Origin: an uncultured Gammaproteobacteria bacterium
GTDB taxonomy: Bacteria > Patescibacteriota > Patescibacteriia > UBA9934 > GWF2-40-263
NCBI GenBank assembly: GCA_964399675.1
Contig: CAYNRK010000007.1
Location: 1 to 55,113, forward strand
Reading direction: 5' to 3'
DNA: 55,113 nucleotides
In this document: positions 38,401 through 45,795 of the stretch, in pieces
How positions within the stretch are numbered: the stretch's first letter is position 1
Layout: each line of letters starts with the position of its first letter
Translations under genes and position numbers: made by a program
The notes under the pieces: model-generated
The model's database searches: none
The model's input: the letters and a program-made list of their open reading frames with translations, nothing else
What the model was told of the DNA's origin: nothing

Positions 38401-39970
38401 CAGCACTGTTTGGTATCTGAACTATTATTTCCGTTGGTGACCATTTTGGAGCTTCTCCACCAATACAAACAAAAGGGTCTGCTTGTACCTCATCACCCTC
38501 GTCATCAGAACCTAAAAACCTAACCACTCCTATGGCATCTCCAAAACCTTTTCCAGAAATCGTTACAAGGTTTCCAATTGCACCATCGCCTGGAGAAACC
38601 TCTTCAATCTTTGCAACTTCAACACAAACGTTATTTTGACAAAGTCCGGAAGCACAATCACCATTCTCATCACATTGGTTTCCATTACATTCTTTACAAT
38701 AATATTCACTTGCCGGATCGCCTCCGCAATCAATTCCTGTTTCAAGGAATGGATCTTCTGCATCTTGAACGCCATTAAAACATTGTGCTGCTAAGATAGA
38801 CGTGGTAATTGCTGCAGAAGTTGTTGTGTTTCCGGCACAGTCTGATCCTCTTGCTGAAATTTCGTAATTTCTGTTTGTTGGATATCCAGCTGTATCCCAT
38901 TCCTCAAGATCATCAGTAAAAAAGAAAACATGACCAGCATCTTCAAACGACTGTTCAATACCAACTGAATCAATACGATCATCTTCAACAAAGAAGTCAA
39001 CACTTGAAAGACCGGTGTCGTCTGTTGTATCAGCTTGTAATTTTACAATATCTCCAATTGCAGAATTTGAACCATCATCCGGAGCATCCATTACAACAGT
39101 TGGAGGCAAAACATCCACACCATCGCCTGTTGTAAATGAATATTCGCAAGGTGTGAAATTTGTGCATTTTAATTTTTTATCTGTTGCACTTTTTAGAACT
39201 GTCCTGTCCAGATTAACTACAAACTTTGTGTTTTCATCAAAACATTTATGAGCTGCGTTTGGAGCAGGACATTCAGCTGACGGAGTGAAAGTCACCTTGT
39301 CCCCATCAACAACAAAGACGCCTGGAACTGCTTGACCTGGATTTTGTTGTTCTGTTAATGCCCTTCTTACCAGAATTCCATTTTCTACTGTTTCTTCTTT
39401 TACACTTGCTGAAAATACAAATTGAAGTTGTAAATTTCGTAGCTCTCCATCACATTCCTCATTAACAGGGGGGCCTTCAAGATAAAAACCTGATTTGAAA
39501 TCATTACAACCCGCACCAACACAAACACATGGTCTTGGTGTACCATCCGGACAAAGACTGTCGTCTCCTTCAAGACCTCCACCAAGAGCACCTGTCATAA
39601 TGCCAACAATAAAGTTTACAATAAGGAATGCACTCAATGTAATAATCAATCCAATACCAGCATTAATTATAATCTTTTTTGCCTTTTCAACTTTTTGCGG
39701 ATTTCCAGCTGCAGTCATGAACATCCACCCACCATATATAACCAGAATCACGGAAACGATTCCCAAAAATCCCAAAAAGGTTCTAATGAGCCTTGCAATG
39801 ATAACAATCACACTGCCCTGAGTACTAAATCCTGCATCAGCTGCAAAATTAGCCAAGCTGTTTGTTGGATCAACAGCTTGAGCTAATACTGGGCCAACTA
39901 ACAAAAACGTGCCCGCTGTTACAATCGCGAGAAGAATGCCGAGTAAAAATGTATTTCGAGAATTACGCAT
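29414..39970 (-). CDS. giant (3518 aa) surface protein: signal peptide and pilin-like TM pair, Ig-like and IPT/TIG domains, DUF4215-type Cys-rich repeats, C-terminal vWA
   Basis: IYGGWMFMTAAGNPQKVEKAKKII pilin motif; VTISGKGFG IPT repeats; CG.G...EECDDGN...GDGCS repeats; DIVFVTDLSGSM MIDAS, ILLSDG. Confidence 0.88.
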   Translation of the reverse strand: MRNSRNTFLLGILLAIVTAGTFLLVGPVLAQAVDPTNSLANFAADAGFSTQGSVIVIIARLIRTFLGFLGIVSVILVIYGGWMFMTAAGNPQKVEKAKKIIINAGIGLIITLSAFLIVNFIVGIMTGALGGGLEGDDSLCPDGTPRPCVCVGAGCNDFKSGFYLEGPPVNEECDGELRNLQLQFVFSASVKEETVENGILVRRALTEQQNPGQAVPGVFVVDGDKVTFTPSAECPAPNAAHKCFDENTKFVVNLDRTVLKSATDKKLKCTNFTPCEYSFTTGDGVDVLPPTVVMDAPDDGSNSAIGDIVKLQADTTDDTGLSSVDFFVEDDRIDSVGIEQSFEDAGHVFFFTDDLEEWDTAGYPTNRNYEISARGSDCAGNTTTSAAITTSILAAQCFNGVQDAEDPFLETGIDCGGDPASEYYCKECNGNQCDENGDCASGLCQNNVCVEVAKIEEVSPGDGAIGNLVTISGKGFGDAIGVVRFLGSDDEGDEVQADPFVCIGGEAPKWSPTEIIVQIPNSAVDGPVRVETAGANATIDSTDDNFGPRIADFDVNLIVRPGLCDLDPSLGQPTSAATATGIGFGNTKGSSKLFLSNGETDTSGWANTEIDFVVPSLSALKHQARVFTGDYVCIDGQGNLTGEDDAGNPVGIVCNNNDDCEGGETCATAWCSESLAYCSDDNDCVDAGSCQSVRVGSNKMRFTVLARDVDLDPPNISEVSTGWKACENSGLVCGDDDDCADGESCVSRPNWGPVGQYVTILGTRFGFTPGTVRFLHDTEDKIALGDSDFPDQCGGNQWTNNSIIVKVPAEYQTDPVEAIAEVLHQLFVIRHPGHPVNDKSNLVDFSVIEGSPGPSICATNPTAGPAGLKVKLIGENFGNPGKVTFYNGVHAVGGEEIWTSELISKVEIPEAAITGPMSMNNNTGKSSNAVNFKVGDCQTGELVCEQNEECCNNGSCALVGECELPPPESHFAYIITTGIIPQKPVVLEACDANVISPSPWESWSDPEDVCVNAEITATFSMSMNQSTFVPDNIVLEKCIDYDEGICSAWQNQTITITPNQTGFSALRAENQTLLNLEVNTDYKVTIRATKEAGGIAAHPNEGGGYLEEEYVFQFKTKNNEQFCEVGNVNVTPARFTAVEQDETVNYKAQLIAQNDSCVTLACNKKPDGGNYQLAWTSKLNDANFAGAELANANPDAGVCTNIVTARSETPPQIPAKINATVSNADNNPDDNADLTILFTDPKVTFFSPDCMAACVNALPLAQFNTRIDPQSVGVASVQLFECQDTICAPQEFGQPIAVNSAYDPGNKRITINLPINNQGNTIKLNPDKWHRVIIKGGVTLAQKANGIQSESGVSLGDSGSNFGQDHNMFNPGDFSWIFKTKNSNVSCAIDKIKVLPFVANMTYVGQRQDFHAYPFGAPDECSINGQALQAGDFDWLPWSSLDNPDNFEVANGGTVSDVALMLKSPDAEPSGVIKFAENPPPYCTAACTNAGTQHKTTDPICGDNIILSIDDVVVAEECDDGNIVAGDGCSPKCLTEPIARCAKTCSISGDACNEDVLCGEGAGVCEIPQGAVNCCGNGASEAGEECDDGNEINGDGCSNSCLNNGSSAVNAFCGDGQIDHAPNAGGEDCDDGNVIDGDGCSSECLFEGAIAQVGVSICGNGGEPELGEDCEDGNIVDGDGCSSSCQNEGTPVCVKQCENSENACNGPADCDDGEACEFVNPKCCGNNIVEAELNAREDCDDGNTEDGDGCSSACLNEGSSIHYPTASYCMDGVVGTGEECEAAANSPSETGAFGVAEVRANAVFEVDEESGYAISEIFAAESAVIGKASLQLQCSCSTDLSCNADGAATNGCGQSNCCFIRPTKGVNKPDDNTNGGVGHCRNTAVWVEFDQKMDPTTLNPKNKNPNLYLDLVEYKVCVEDNTNEQSNACNNNADCQQGSSCQTIEVQAEDDCPNNYLKLALNTQDQNVFARAWGWFKGFMLSFFGQPVIASEAFGCYMPINYEVVNGENNQRVYLRYNELLKANAEYRVVLKADNTPNNLTKDGVLSEFGVTLCSGGNCANAQVVMPFAVGEEICTLDKVEVKDLGKLGTAQFESKSVEFFTATNERHEFISIPLTFRQVLAAYEEITPLNNIYSWEWAWGSETADDNVADVVKIEVDEVSVQGDGVGNNPANEDSEYSAVGNDGQENVIATAGISADTVNLPSTQGDDTDGQLQVLALLCENSWPAIAPNVDFPYKDDISNFSFYYCRDEGEDGTDDDLPALETEIDVTSLAGQNIIQELIFKVSGTNDAIGVRVLQNPEYLTPAKWFKEQGFTGSATPTELDGYEAVRAGNTIYAAATNIGEVGGITKIFPNIYVISYNNDAKNASKQVFEKILKNFRFNSNTDEITDVNLCKAGGNYLKDKDENFISCRWNGDCVELCTNGTCDISGKSCENNNECTLKENVNAFCDSDKDKLRRDMKRLTDITEFVEIVHDYGSSNGHCAVTKNQACTQDVHCPGEETCVPNVPSLASGSFVPSYSLSTWGSWNSVLGNELGSSIPVDPINEFWLSCRDYGPGYDQASCWNGAEGQFRCDRKSRIYSYRVIRDDFYFYTTLEYEDHPWSNRIDMPNNDNANIRAAYESSRNSPRNRPTGFRTSNYVCDGGLVGSSEICGDSVLGQGEVCEIGDSSTTDCKVCVDGEGIALGTCNVDVGADCDVDGEAGKCRNGLIPIACNANCNGFQSAADALGAGAACVPYRCGNGVIEPDAGEVCDDGGLNGTYGHCDDNCSLTNAITCGDGYLSGSEQCDCGTVQNYNNLPNNSWARLGNNCSYNAGGQLIRLPNGIYNPNSANSCSFDCKNPGPTCGDGFVNGGEDCDGGFEKYAGAMCQDGTPCAVDADCSAGACDLNAACGTGRVCGEYEDAGDECENNNDCDSNSCVNNECDCGEYTYELYRTRKCDACTWPVWSICIGGPQYCGNGIKEGTEVCDDGNKSNNDSCLNSCKKNICGDDHLYVGVESCDAGASNFDPTSNEDPCAPPYNGTCNYCNALCQYKTYSGAYCGDGVRNGNEFCDGSDVPTVGTCNGGTDNGLECEDNGDCAGGGDCVLPKCFSNCAGACPKNFISDQIKIKSEEPGALPVNSLNLFSFLNKEHNSPDTATLQIPACTVGTWLKADVKKGSDYELPKVDIVFVTDLSGSMGHDISGQERIEVVVESTKKAISDLFDVYEANSAENNIRIALVSYTSRYTYADSDDAGWCNVDKKKNITINGSWAEKISGDRSFAGVNQENDLIARVNTYLDCASWGTPTYNGLKQAMKVFSDEANNDPNALKFVILLSDGDPTHTYVDNHGGNVECPATNFNGHNYPAQIDHDNNPATDLVRNTPACVAYIDKLIVKEPSNNDVSFYSAAITTNNSLKGYMAHMSSNQCAFEDPPNGIARVNDCDADGFYAYVASTADQVTSMYENIVSSIIGNNVTTTVAGQSTQGAVKIGSDVALPFPDGFSCPTDAENVGKPFEIPLRTTFNATGPLNFSNVEFTYCPY

Positions 39971-39973
39971 GAC

Positions 39974-41839
39974 TTATTCTCCTTGTGGTGCATTATTTGG
40001 AAGTTCAATTCCTAAACTTGTTGTACATTTATTTGCACTTTTTACCCCAGAACAACAATAAGGATTGTCTACATCTGCATCTAAACACTGACTTCCGGGA
40101 GTATCTACAACAACCGGGTGCATACAAATCTGATAAGCGCTTTTAACATCATTGGTCACAACAGGCCAATACTCTGCTCCACCTTCAGTGCTTACAAATG
40201 TTTCATGATCAATAGATATGGTTGACTTGTTGTTCACCAGTGAATCCGACTTACCAACATAAAACCACATATAATAAAATTCATCCGGCCAAAGTGAAGC
40301 ACTGGTAGAGTTCACGGTTGAACCTTTCAAAAGAGCGCTAAATTCAATTGCAATATCATTAGTTTGACTTATTTCTTCAGCGCCAATAACAGGCGAAAGA
40401 TTGGTAATATGCGGCACTGTTGTATTGATCTCATTGGTTGTTGAAAAACCGTATTCATAATTATCATCAGTTGGGACATTGCCTTCTCCGTCTTCAGGAC
40501 AGGCAACATCGTCATTTTCAGAACCACAGGCAACCCCGTCATCATTTCCATCAAGCGAGTTTCCAGACGCATCCACAATTCCATCTGCTGGAATCTGAAG
40601 AGGATCACTTTGCGGAATGTTTGCCGGATCAAGTGACGCTGCCTTTGCAACCACGTTCAATATCTCAGGGCCTGGTAAGCAATAAATTGCGTCTCCGCAA
40701 GGATCTTCTCCACAAGCAACGGTTGTTGTGAAGTCTACTGTTTTGTAACCATTGCTAATTTTAAATGTGCCTTCAATATTATTTCCTGCCTGATTCTTTA
40801 CACTAACATTGGTAAAGCCGGCATTGTCCGCAAACGTGCCTGTTGCAGCGGTTGGATCAATTGGTTCGCTAAACGTCAACTCAACGGTTACATTGCGCGG
40901 TTCTTGCGAATCTTGCTTTGGAAGCGAAGAGAAAACTGTTGGTGGGGTTAAATCAATAGTTGTTCCAACTTCAAATACCCAGCCGTATCCACCTGAATAT
41001 GGGCCAGCAAACGCCGGCTTTCCATTGGCTTTTAGAATTCCGGATTTAAGAACAATCGAGTAATTTGTATCTTCACTATTACTACCCATGAAATCAACTG
41101 TTTTCATAACAACAATCGTCCTTGTTTCATCTAATCCAACAATGACCTGATCTGAACTGAGTGCTTCACTTTCACCATCTTCTGTTTTAAAGATTAAAAC
41201 ATTGTCTGTATTAAGTTGTGTTGTGTCATTGTTTGGATCGTTATCAACAAGAGTTGCCGGATCATAATTTTTAACAAAGGACTCTGGATCCATAACTTCT
41301 TTAAACGTAATGAAAACTTTTGTGTTACGAGGAATATCAACTGCATTGCGCCTAGGATAATGATCATCAATAATTCCAGATCCAAGGGATGCGCTAAGCG
41401 GCTCATTGAATTGTGGTGCAGGTGTTGATCTTGTGGTCCCGGTTCCCCCTCCTAAAATAGCGTTGATCACAAACGTTGCAATCGCATACGATGACAAAAT
41501 AATCAAAAGACCTATCACAGCCTGTTTGATCAACTTCTTTGCTTTTTTTGCTTTCTCTGCTTCTCCACCGGCTGTCATGTAGAGATAGCCGGCGTAGATA
41601 ATCAAAATGGTAAAGATGATTCCAAGAAAAGAAAGAAAGATACGAATCAACCGAGCAACAATTAGTATGGGGCTTTCTGTTGACAGTCCGGATGATTGAC
41701 CAAATTGTTCAAACGCTGTTTGCGCATTTACAAAATCTACTTGCGCAAAAAATAAAACTAAAGCACTAAACAACAGCACGCACAAGGCGGCCGCGTAAAC
41801 AGCGACGTATTTTGTAATTGTGTGTTTGCTACGCATCAT
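39974..41839 (-). CDS. surface protein with pilin-like TM pair and Ig-like (Big_5-type) domains
   Basis: IYAGYLYMTAGGEAEKAKKAKK; DLTPPTV...PRNVTVELTFSEPID. Confidence 0.8.
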   Translation of the reverse strand: MMRSKHTITKYVAVYAAALCVLLFSALVLFFAQVDFVNAQTAFEQFGQSSGLSTESPILIVARLIRIFLSFLGIIFTILIIYAGYLYMTAGGEAEKAKKAKKLIKQAVIGLLIILSSYAIATFVINAILGGGTGTTRSTPAPQFNEPLSASLGSGIIDDHYPRRNAVDIPRNTKVFITFKEVMDPESFVKNYDPATLVDNDPNNDTTQLNTDNVLIFKTEDGESEALSSDQVIVGLDETRTIVVMKTVDFMGSNSEDTNYSIVLKSGILKANGKPAFAGPYSGGYGWVFEVGTTIDLTPPTVFSSLPKQDSQEPRNVTVELTFSEPIDPTAATGTFADNAGFTNVSVKNQAGNNIEGTFKISNGYKTVDFTTTVACGEDPCGDAIYCLPGPEILNVVAKAASLDPANIPQSDPLQIPADGIVDASGNSLDGNDDGVACGSENDDVACPEDGEGNVPTDDNYEYGFSTTNEINTTVPHITNLSPVIGAEEISQTNDIAIEFSALLKGSTVNSTSASLWPDEFYYMWFYVGKSDSLVNNKSTISIDHETFVSTEGGAEYWPVVTNDVKSAYQICMHPVVVDTPGSQCLDADVDNPYCCSGVKSANKCTTSLGIELPNNAPQGE

Positions 41840-41927
41840 GCGAGTTAGCAACTGTACGAATATTGTACCGTATTTATTGAAAATTGTGATGTGGATAGTG
41901 GGATGAAAAAAATGTAAAAATTAAAAG

Positions 41928-42015
41928 GATAAGTTTAGATAAGTATTGATAAGGGTAGATAAGTATTGTGTTTACAATCCTTATCCATGCTTATCCTCAC
42001 TTATCAATCCTTATC
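41928..42015. repeat. inverted array of 10-bp periodic repeats
   Basis: GATAAG at 41928/38/48/58; CTTATC at 41980/90, 42000/10. Confidence 0.8.
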
Positions 42016-42023
42016 CTTACCAT

Positions 42024-42773
42024 CTACATCTTTTGCAAAAACACCGAGGTTACACTAAAAAGACCCACAACAATAATGACCCCGATGATTCCGGTTGTCA
42101 TTTTTGAAAGCGCATTAGTGCGAGAATCGTTTCTATAACATGCAAAAGAATATTCAAAACTTCCGCGTAAAATAGAAACTATTGCAAAAATTCCACCCCA
42201 CAAAAGAAGAATTCGGAAAATCCTAAGTCCTGAATCAAGAAGTGGAAACACTTGCGTTGGTTCAGTGGTCAAAGGAATCTGTGCAAAAACAGGTTCAGCT
42301 GCTGCCACACCAAAAACCACAAGAGCGAAAACACTCAAAAGCTGCTCAACCATATTTTTTACACGATTGCCATCTGCTTTTCCTTGAACTGATTTCATTG
42401 CAGCACCCATCACCTTCCCCATATCTGCCTTGCTTTCCGCCCCTGTCTCATTGATTGTTTTTTGCACAATTACTTTTAACTCATCATCGGACATTTCTGC
42501 TGGCAAATATACTTCCAAAACCTTGATCTCTTTTTTAACAGGCTCTGCTAAATCTTGACGACCAGCCTGTTCAAATGAGACAAGAGAATCCTTCAGTTGT
42601 TTAACTTGCGCTTTTACAACATTTAATACTTCTTCATCAGACAATTCGTGTTGAACATCGATCTCTTTGTTCTTAATAGCCGAACGCAACATACGCAACG
42701 TTGAAAGTGTTGCGCTGTCTTTTGTTTTCATGGCCTCTTTGGTGGCGTTTGTAAGCTCGTCTTTAAGTGACAT
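42024..42773 (-). CDS. GatB/YqeY-domain protein with a C-terminal pilin-like membrane extension
   Basis: AMK.KD...TLRML.SAIKNKEI...YLPAEMS...DMGKVMG...GKADG, then about 100 extra hydrophobic residues. Confidence 0.85.
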   Translation of the reverse strand: MSLKDELTNATKEAMKTKDSATLSTLRMLRSAIKNKEIDVQHELSDEEVLNVVKAQVKQLKDSLVSFEQAGRQDLAEPVKKEIKVLEVYLPAEMSDDELKVIVQKTINETGAESKADMGKVMGAAMKSVQGKADGNRVKNMVEQLLSVFALVVFGVAAAEPVFAQIPLTTEPTQVFPLLDSGLRIFRILLLWGGIFAIVSILRGSFEYSFACYRNDSRTNALSKMTTGIIGVIIVVGLFSVTSVFLQKM

Positions 42774-42783
42774 AAATCGACTC

Positions 42784-42816
42784 AAAAGGCTGGAAGATTC
42801 CTCTTTCCAGCCTTTT
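42784..42816. terminator. terminator hairpin downstream of rpsU
   Basis: aaaaggctggaa / ttccagcctttt. Confidence 0.65.
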
Positions 42817-42836
42817 TATTTTAACACAGAAGGCAG

Positions 42837-43082
42837 TTATCGTCTTCGTCGGCTGCGTCGTTTGTCTTCAACCAGTTGACCTACTTTAATGAGATACTCT
42901 CGCTTTTCTGAAACCTTGATTCTTCGAAGAGCACTCTCCTTTCGTTTGTTCTTACTTGGCTTTGCATTGTAAAATCTGTACTTTCGTGCTTCAAGCATTC
43001 GTCCGCTTTGCTGCAAACGTCTACCAAATCTACGCAAAAGCCCTTCAAAGCTTTCGCCTTTTTTTCGTTTTGTTTCTACCAC
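42837..43082 (-). CDS. rpsU: 30S ribosomal protein S21
   Basis: GESFEGLLRRF...FYNAKPS; upstream of yqeY. Confidence 0.88.
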   Translation of the reverse strand: MVETKRKKGESFEGLLRRFGRRLQQSGRMLEARKYRFYNAKPSKNKRKESALRRIKVSEKREYLIKVGQLVEDKRRSRRRR

Positions 43083-43169
43083 AAATTTTCACTTTCTTTC
43101 TATATGATTTAATTGCGCTCGAATTATGTTCAAAATCCCCAATTTTGTCAAGCAACAATCCCCCTCCCC

Positions 43170-44588
43170 TTATTTGATGTCAGAGACTGGCGATTGTTTT
43201 ACCACCTCATTGCTTTCTGTGCCTTTCAACTTCTTTTGAACAACAGAGACAATCTTTTTTGCATCAATTATTTCTTGAGCACCGGAATCCATATCTCTAA
43301 TAATAATCGTTTCATCAAGAACTTCTTTTTGCCCCAAAATTAGTGTGAGTTTTACACCAAGTTTGTTCGCAACTTCAAGTTGACTTTTAAGTGCATTTTT
43401 CCCAAACGCCTCTGCAATTGGAATACCTGCTTGTCGAAACTCCTCAAATAACTTTAAGCCGACTCTACGAGAAGCATCTCCAAGCTGTGCAAAAAAGACA
43501 AGTGGTTGTGGGTACTGAGGAGGGTTAATACCTTTCTTTGCCAAAGCTGCCACAACTCTTTCAAGACCAATTGCAAAACCTGAACCTGGTGTTTCTTCCC
43601 TACCACCAATTGTTTCAATCAATCCGTCATATCGCCCACCCCCAGCTAATGAATTCTGCGCTTTTGAATCGTCGTCATCAGCCAACAAAAACTCAAATAC
43701 TGTACGAGTGTAATAATCAAGACCGCGAACAAGATACGGATTAAGTTCATATGGGATATCAACCTCATCCAAAAACTCCAACACCTTCATGAAGTGGTCT
43801 TTTGACTTGTCATCAAGCCAATCTAGAATCTGCGGTGCTTCTTCTAACAAAGCAACCGCTGCTTCATCTTTACTATCAAGAAGACGCAATGGATTCTTTA
43901 GCAATCGTTTTTTGTCATCATCACACAACTTACTACGAAATTGTCTAAAATAACTTGTGAGCTCAGCCAGATAAGCCTGCCTGCAATCAAAAGTTCCAAT
44001 TGAGTTGAGTTGCACTTTTACATCAAGTCCAAGTTCTTTAAAAATTTGCATTCCTATAACAATGAGCTGGGCGTCAACAATTGGTTCATCAACACCAAAA
44101 CTTTCAAAACCGGCTTGATGAAATTGTCTGTATCTACCTGCTTGTGGTCTGTCATAACGAAACATTGGTCCTATGTACCACATCTTTACTGGTTGCGGAC
44201 GATCAAGCATTCCATGATTAATATAAGCACGCGCTGCTGAAGCTGTTGCCTCTGGACGCAGGGCAACGTTGCGATTCGATGGATCTGTAAATGTATACAT
44301 CTCCTTATCAACAACATCAGTTCCTTTTCCAATTGATCGCAAAAACAATTCTGTCTTTTCCAAAATCGGCAGATCAATTCGATCAAAACTATAAGCTTCT
44401 GCAACATTTCTTATTACATCTCGGACAAAATTCCACCTACCCTGCTCTTCTGGCAAAAGGTCCCGAAATCCTCTTAAAAGCTCAGGGGTTGGTTTTACTT
44501 TTTTTACTGGCTCCTCCTCTTTTGAAGCAACTGTCTTTTTTGAAACGGCTGTTTTTTTTGCCGGTTTCTTTTCGTTTTTCTTAAACAT
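43170..44588 (-). CDS. hisS: histidine--tRNA ligase
   Basis: RGFRD, KEMYTF, LRPEATA, FRYDRPQAGRYRQFHQ, VRGLDYY, GGRYDGL. Confidence 0.98.
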   Translation of the reverse strand: MFKKNEKKPAKKTAVSKKTVASKEEEPVKKVKPTPELLRGFRDLLPEEQGRWNFVRDVIRNVAEAYSFDRIDLPILEKTELFLRSIGKGTDVVDKEMYTFTDPSNRNVALRPEATASAARAYINHGMLDRPQPVKMWYIGPMFRYDRPQAGRYRQFHQAGFESFGVDEPIVDAQLIVIGMQIFKELGLDVKVQLNSIGTFDCRQAYLAELTSYFRQFRSKLCDDDKKRLLKNPLRLLDSKDEAAVALLEEAPQILDWLDDKSKDHFMKVLEFLDEVDIPYELNPYLVRGLDYYTRTVFEFLLADDDDSKAQNSLAGGGRYDGLIETIGGREETPGSGFAIGLERVVAALAKKGINPPQYPQPLVFFAQLGDASRRVGLKLFEEFRQAGIPIAEAFGKNALKSQLEVANKLGVKLTLILGQKEVLDETIIIRDMDSGAQEIIDAKKIVSVVQKKLKGTESNEVVKQSPVSDIK

Positions 44589-44593
44589 ATTAT

Positions 44594-45202
44594 CTAGAGG
44601 TTATATAAAGGAAGGTCAAATGTTCCAAGACGCGAAAGTGGCAATCCTCGCACCCACACGCGCCCAAGAATATGCTGTGAAGTTAGCACACCAAAGCTTC
44701 TGGAGTCCAGACTTTCATCCCGGTTATCACCAAGTACATAATATTCATCCGAGCTCAGTGTTACACGCTTATTTCCGCGCGTATGATCCTCTGTAAGATA
44801 AGATTCCTGCAACAGCCGTCCGTTTGGATGATCTTCGTTGTAAATAATTACTTGACCCTTTGAAATCTCGATCGTTTCTCCGGGAAGGCCAACAACGCGT
44901 TTTATAAAATATTGTTTTGGATCTCTTGGATATTTAAATACAACAATTTCTCCTCTTGACGGCTCGCGAAACCGATACGAAATCTCATCTATAACAAGGT
45001 ATTCATGATCATAAAAGTTTGGCTCCATTGATGCACCTTTAACATAAAACGGTTGAATCAGGAAAAATCTAATGGGAATAATAATGGCAGACGAGATAAT
45101 GACAATTTGAAGCACTTCAGCAATAAACATTGCAATAGCTCCAGCGGTTGGACCCAGGTATTTTTTAAGACAATTTTCAAATTCCAGCTTTTTTTCTGAC
45201 AT
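44594..45202 (-). CDS. lepB: signal peptidase I
   Basis: GASMEP, RGEIVVF, IKRVVGLPGE, GDNR..SLDSR. Confidence 0.95.
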   Translation of the reverse strand: MSEKKLEFENCLKKYLGPTAGAIAMFIAEVLQIVIISSAIIIPIRFFLIQPFYVKGASMEPNFYDHEYLVIDEISYRFREPSRGEIVVFKYPRDPKQYFIKRVVGLPGETIEISKGQVIIYNEDHPNGRLLQESYLTEDHTRGNKRVTLSSDEYYVLGDNRDESLDSRSFGVLTSQHILGRVWVRGLPLSRLGTFDLPLYNL

Positions 45203-45272
45203 AGAATTGCTTTCAGCATAGCAAATATTTGAGATTAGATCAAGCCTCAAACGTGGCCAAAGTAAGTAGCAT

Positions 45273-45304
45273 CCCGCGCTCTAGGCGCGGGCTCTAGGCG
45301 CGGG
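45273..45304. terminator. GC hairpin with a tandem 13-bp duplication
   Basis: cccgcg-ctctagg-cgcggg; ctctaggcgcggg occurs twice. Confidence 0.4.
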
Positions 45305-45323
45305 AAACTGAAAAGTCCGGGAG

Positions 45324-45647
45324 TTATCCGGACTTCGTTCCAGCGGCAATGACTTCGCCTGCTGGGCTGATGATCTCCTCGATCACGGCAGCGGCGGCAG
45401 TGAGATTCACGAACCCGCTGAGCATTCCCCTTTGGGTTGCCTGCACTGCATCCGCGACCTTCTTGCGCGCTCGCACAGGAATGTAGCAGTCCACAGTGTG
45501 AGAGATGAGCTCTTGCGCCTTTGCTCGGAGCACGGTTCTTCTCATGCTCTCTGTCTCGCCCGAGCTTGCAAACTCAGCGACAAGCTCCTCCAGTCTCCTG
45601 ATCGTCACCTCGTGTGACGGTGGCTTTCGACCTGTTTTCTTGGCCAT
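45324..45647 (-). CDS. hypothetical GC-rich orphan
   Basis: 107-aa ORF with AGGGAG SD; no family recognised. Confidence 0.55.
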   Translation of the reverse strand: MAKKTGRKPPSHEVTIRRLEELVAEFASSGETESMRRTVLRAKAQELISHTVDCYIPVRARKKVADAVQATQRGMLSGFVNLTAAAAVIEEIISPAGEVIAAGTKSG

Positions 45648-45756
45648 GTTGTATCTCCCTGTTGGGATTGCTACGTACTCCCGCGCATATAGCAATAGCA
45701 TACAATGTCACAAAAAACCAAGATTGTCAAGGTGAAATCAAAGACCTTTAAATGAC

Positions 45757-45785
45757 TTGAAATACATAGGAACTCTCTTTATAAT
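45757..45785 (+). promoter_or_regulatory. sigma70-type promoter of the LCP gene
   Basis: TTGAAA, 17 nt, TATAAT; places the start at ATG 45796. Confidence 0.65.
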
Positions 45786-45795
45786 GGCTCCAGAT

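Noticed and set aside
30166-41428. Many short ORFs inside the giant genes
   Set aside because: Alternative-frame or antisense by-products of biased Cys/Asp/Gly codons.
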